Shown here piece after piece: positions 8,483 through 11,464 of a DNA stretch of 11,464 nucleotides. The notes below the pieces were generated by a model that did no database searches, had not been told where the DNA came from, and saw nothing but the letters and a program-made list of their open reading frames with translations. Position 1 is the first letter of the stretch; each line of letters opens with the position of its first letter. The translations under genes were made by a program, and so were the position numbers. Origin of the DNA: Azolla caroliniana (lineage: Eukaryota > Plantae > Polypodiophyta); contig JBHGNT010001158.1 in assembly GCA_043228905.1 (NCBI GenBank), positions 1-11,464 on the forward strand, in the 5' to 3' direction.

Positions 8483-8812
8483 AACATGCTACCTTAATTA
8501 GTTAGAGCATTCGTTTAGTAATATGAGGATCATGGGTTTGAGTCATATATGGGGTAGACATCTTGCTTTTTGAATTTTTGCAAAAGGAGCACAACATGTT
8601 AGCTTAATTAGTTAGAGCACATGTGGGTCATGGGTTTGAGCCGTATATGGGTCAGAAATAGTGATTTCAAATATTTGCAAAAGGAGAGGGATGTGTGTGT
8701 TAGGGCCTTCTTTTTCCTCGGTAACATAAGGATCATGGGTTCAAATCTTATATGGAACAAAAGTGACCATTTTGAATATTTGCAAAAGGAGAGGGAAATG
8801 TGTGAGAGGCCT
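8483..8812 (+). repeat. Three degenerate tandem units (~100-110 bp) derived from a tRNA-Thr(AGT)-like sequence
   Basis: TA(C/G)CTTAATTAGTTAGAGCA (A-box/D-arm-like) at 8490 and 8600; TCATGGGTT(T/C)(G/A)A (T-arm/B-box-like) in all three units; TTTGCAAAAGGAG at 8577, 8674, 8779. Unit 1 has CGT-TTAGTAA (AGT at 8517-8519), matching my recollection of the plant tRNA-Thr(AGT) anticodon arm. Stems are broken, so these are not functional tRNAs. Confidence 0.7.
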
Positions 8813-9599
8813 TTTTAAGATCTGAACTTGACCTAATTGGCAAAAAGGTGGTATTGATCACAACAATAAAAAAATGAGTAGATTTATCTAAAAAAGGAGA
8901 AACGGCATAATTTTGAAGGAAAAAAGCAAAACACCTTATGGAGCTAAAAAAAAGGAGGGACGAGATCAAATTAAGTCACTTATCAAGTTGATAGATATTG
9001 AGAGCCTAGTCATAAGATATTAGTGAAAAATCAAGAATGGCTAAAATAATTAGCTACCATTATAGATCAATCTCGTGGGGGGGGTGAAAAGAGCAAATGC
9101 TTTAACCAAGTATAATCAAAGTTTTTTGTAATCCCATTCACTTACATTTCGCACTGTCATGTTATAGCTCACAAGTTCTATAATAACTTTAATAGACTCT
9201 TAATCTTAATGTTAATATATTCTTATTCGCAATTTTGGAGTTTATTCGGTATAAATTCTATTGTTTTTAGTATCTCCATTGTTCTAAATCCATATATTAT
9301 ATTATGTATGTATATGTTGTCAATGCATGTTCTCTATATGTTTTATGATTCTTCATTTAGCTCTCATGCTTTGCTAGTTTACAATCCTAGTGGTTTTAGC
9401 CAATGCTCATCTATCTTCTGATTTCGCAACAATGTTCAAGATCTCCTTCACATAATTTGTAAAATTTTCCAACTAAAAAATGCAAAGTGTTTGCTTTTCT
9501 TCGATCTCTAGTTTGGTGGGAGGAAACTGTAAGTTATCCTATTGCTAGCCTGATCTTGGAAATGTGCATGGGTGCAGTGTCATTCTAGCATGAATAGAG

Positions 9600-10115
9600 A
9601 GTTGCATATCCTCTAGTGAGTCAAATAGGCAGCATGTATCTTTATTGAAGCACTTTGTATGAACAAGGTAGAGTAATTCTTGCTTGCACTTAATCTCTAC
9701 CATTTTGACTCGTCGAACATGAGGGGGAGTAACAAAAGAAGATTGGAGATGAAGGAACAAGCTCGAATAGGATTTGACAATTGAAGGACGAAGGAGCAAG
9801 TTTCGATATAATATCGAACTCTTAGGTGAGCTTGAGGGAGGATGTTGAGCTCAACAATATATTATGTGACCACAATATTGGGGGGAAATGAGCCTCAAAG
9901 GCCCACTACTAGTCATTCTTTAAAATATAAATTGTATATGACATGTTATAACTTACATCTATTTAATAAAAGAATCTAACGAATATGTCACGTGCATGTA
10001 ATGAGGGAATGTAAAGAGAGAGGGCGAGTTTATATATATTCATTGTTGCCCAAGTCTCTTCTTGTTGTGTACATCTCTCTCTCTCTCTCTTTGATTTTGT
10101 GTATTTTCACACACA
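9600..10115 (+). mobile_element. Old copia 3' remnant (element D): RNase H tail, 3' UTR, PPT, start of LTR
   Basis: Frame from 9626 reads *AACIFIEALCMNKVE*FLLALNLYHFDSSNMRGS, resembling the copia QxADIFTKAL...LGL...LRG terminus; CTTGAGGGAGGA (9831-9842) precedes TGTTG at 9843; TATA-like run ~10031-10039 and a (CT)n tract follow. Right end uncertain. Confidence 0.55.
10074..10090. repeat. (TC)n microsatellite
   Basis: Direct reading, about 8 units. Confidence 0.9.
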
Positions 10116-10778
10116 TATATACTATTGCGGACAACCTTACAGGCTAAGAATATAAACATAGCTATTGGTCAACCATTACTCGGCTTTTAGTGGCATTGAT
10201 ACATCGAACTCATAACCTCTTGATCTCCAAACAATTGACATAACCAAGTCCAACTCCTTTGTCTATTATTATTTGTGTTTATTCTTTTATATTTTTTATA
10301 ACCATAGTTCTAGCCATATGTCTCATTCGTGCCGTACTCTTATGTGAATCTAAACCATAACTTCGTGACTAGTCTTTGTTTGATTGGATGAATGGCTTGG
10401 GCACGGTGCTTGAAGGCTTCATAAGTCCTTTATTTTATTTATAGACATTCTACTTCATTCTTTTTCGTAGTTTCTTCTCCTTTGCTTGTCTCCATTCTTC
10501 ATCTACTCACACACATGCAATTCAATACGAATGAGCACCAAAGGAAAAGCCTCCGCTTCTTGGTAAGACAAAAAACTGAATATATGACCCTACACCTCAT
10601 AAAAAAACCTACATAGACATGCACCTTTGAAAATTCGAAGAAACTTACACCCCATGAATGACATAACAGGAGCACCTCCATTCTAACCTACACATCTATA
10701 TATGATCAATCGCCAAGGATGATTTGCAAAGCCAACATGATCATCAATATATGCACCAAGGATAATTAGGCAACCCCA

Positions 10779-11346
10779 AATGGAGGAGAATTTCACCTAA
10801 GTCATTGACAATGAAAATTTCCCCTCAAACAACTATTGCGAATGAAGAGCATTTGTGCTTGTGATGAATAAATTAGGGTTTGACTCCATAAATCGAAGGT
10901 AACAAAGCTTGCCCTTTACCAAAAGACCATCATGGTGATTATTGCTAGTTGCTTCGAAGTCGAAGAAACATTATCACAAGACATCATGGTGTCTATATCC
11001 TTAATTCGATTGTTTGTTGGCTTCAAGGAAGCGGGAGAGAGTAACCACCCACTCATCAAGACGAGTTTTGTCAAATGCTAACTGTGTAGTACCCAAAAAA
11101 GTAAACGAATCACACCTATGCGTTTTCCGTGAGACCATGATTCAAAAAAGGAGCATCTACATCCGTGCTAGCTGACGAGGATGCCAATCAACCCAAAAGA
11201 AGTCAACAAGGAGCAATGATGGAGACAAAGATCTAGATGATGTGGATGTCAGGCTTCAAATGCAAAACCAGGATGATATGCATCCATTCCAGGCACAACC
11301 GTCGGATAGAGAGTGGGCGATGAGGTTGGGTGTATGCGATATGTGA
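10779..11346 (+). pseudogene. Possible heavily decayed coding remnant, product unknown
   Basis: Protein-like stretches (MEENFT*VIDNENF..., HHGVYILNSIVCWLQGSG..., GASTSVLADEDANQPK, DGDKDLDDVDVRLQMQ) can be chained only by allowing about two frameshifts and several stops; no recognisable motif. Confidence 0.2.
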
Positions 11347-11464
11347 TGACAAGGAATAAACATGGGGGGCCTCTAAGAAGCACCTAGCTATAGCTAGACT
11401 TATGAAAGCAATTATACACATAACGCATTACACATCATACCACATACCACACATAACACATCAT

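Noticed and set aside
8483-8556. Functional tRNA-Thr gene
   Set aside because: Acceptor and anticodon stems do not pair and the B-box is mutated (GGTTTGAGTCA).
9718-9734. GAGGGGGAG as the PPT of element D
   Set aside because: Not followed by TG; it coincides with the MRGS codons at the end of the RNase H remnant, and 9831-9842 fits better.
8820-10700. Short AT-rich ORFs (8748-8969, 9209-9421, 9545-9799, 10499-10681) as host exons
   Set aside because: Low-complexity translations with no consistent splice structure or domain; 9545-9799 is antisense to the copia RNase H remnant.

Overview
Eukaryotic (land-plant-like) repeat-rich DNA; I can support no intact host gene. 1-6376 is a three-level nest of retroelements. 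A young Tnt1/Tork-like Ty1/copia element (A, + strand; integrase-RT-RNase H with two nonsense changes and one frameshift, PPT, 842-bp 3' LTR at 2646-3487) sits inside a second copia (B, - strand; 5' LTR 4356-4818, tRNAi-Met PBS, decayed gag joined directly to the integrase tail by an internal deletion). B in turn interrupts an older, decayed ~308-codon E/K/L/Q-rich ORF followed by LTR-like sequence (C). Further right are a 583-bp solo LTR related to A (7527-8109, - strand, perfect GATTT TSD), two tandem arrays of degenerate tRNA-like units (6424-6670; 8483-8812, tRNA-Thr(AGT)-like) and an old copia 3' end (RNase H tail, PPT, LTR start at 9843). I see no clear-cut new multi-gene system. The best leads are the unassigned ORF of element C, a CCGGAT motif spaced 25-30 bp apart in the U3 of two otherwise dissimilar LTRs, conserved inverted repeats around the LTR TATA box, and the tRNA-derived tandem arrays. 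All alignments and counts were done by eye.
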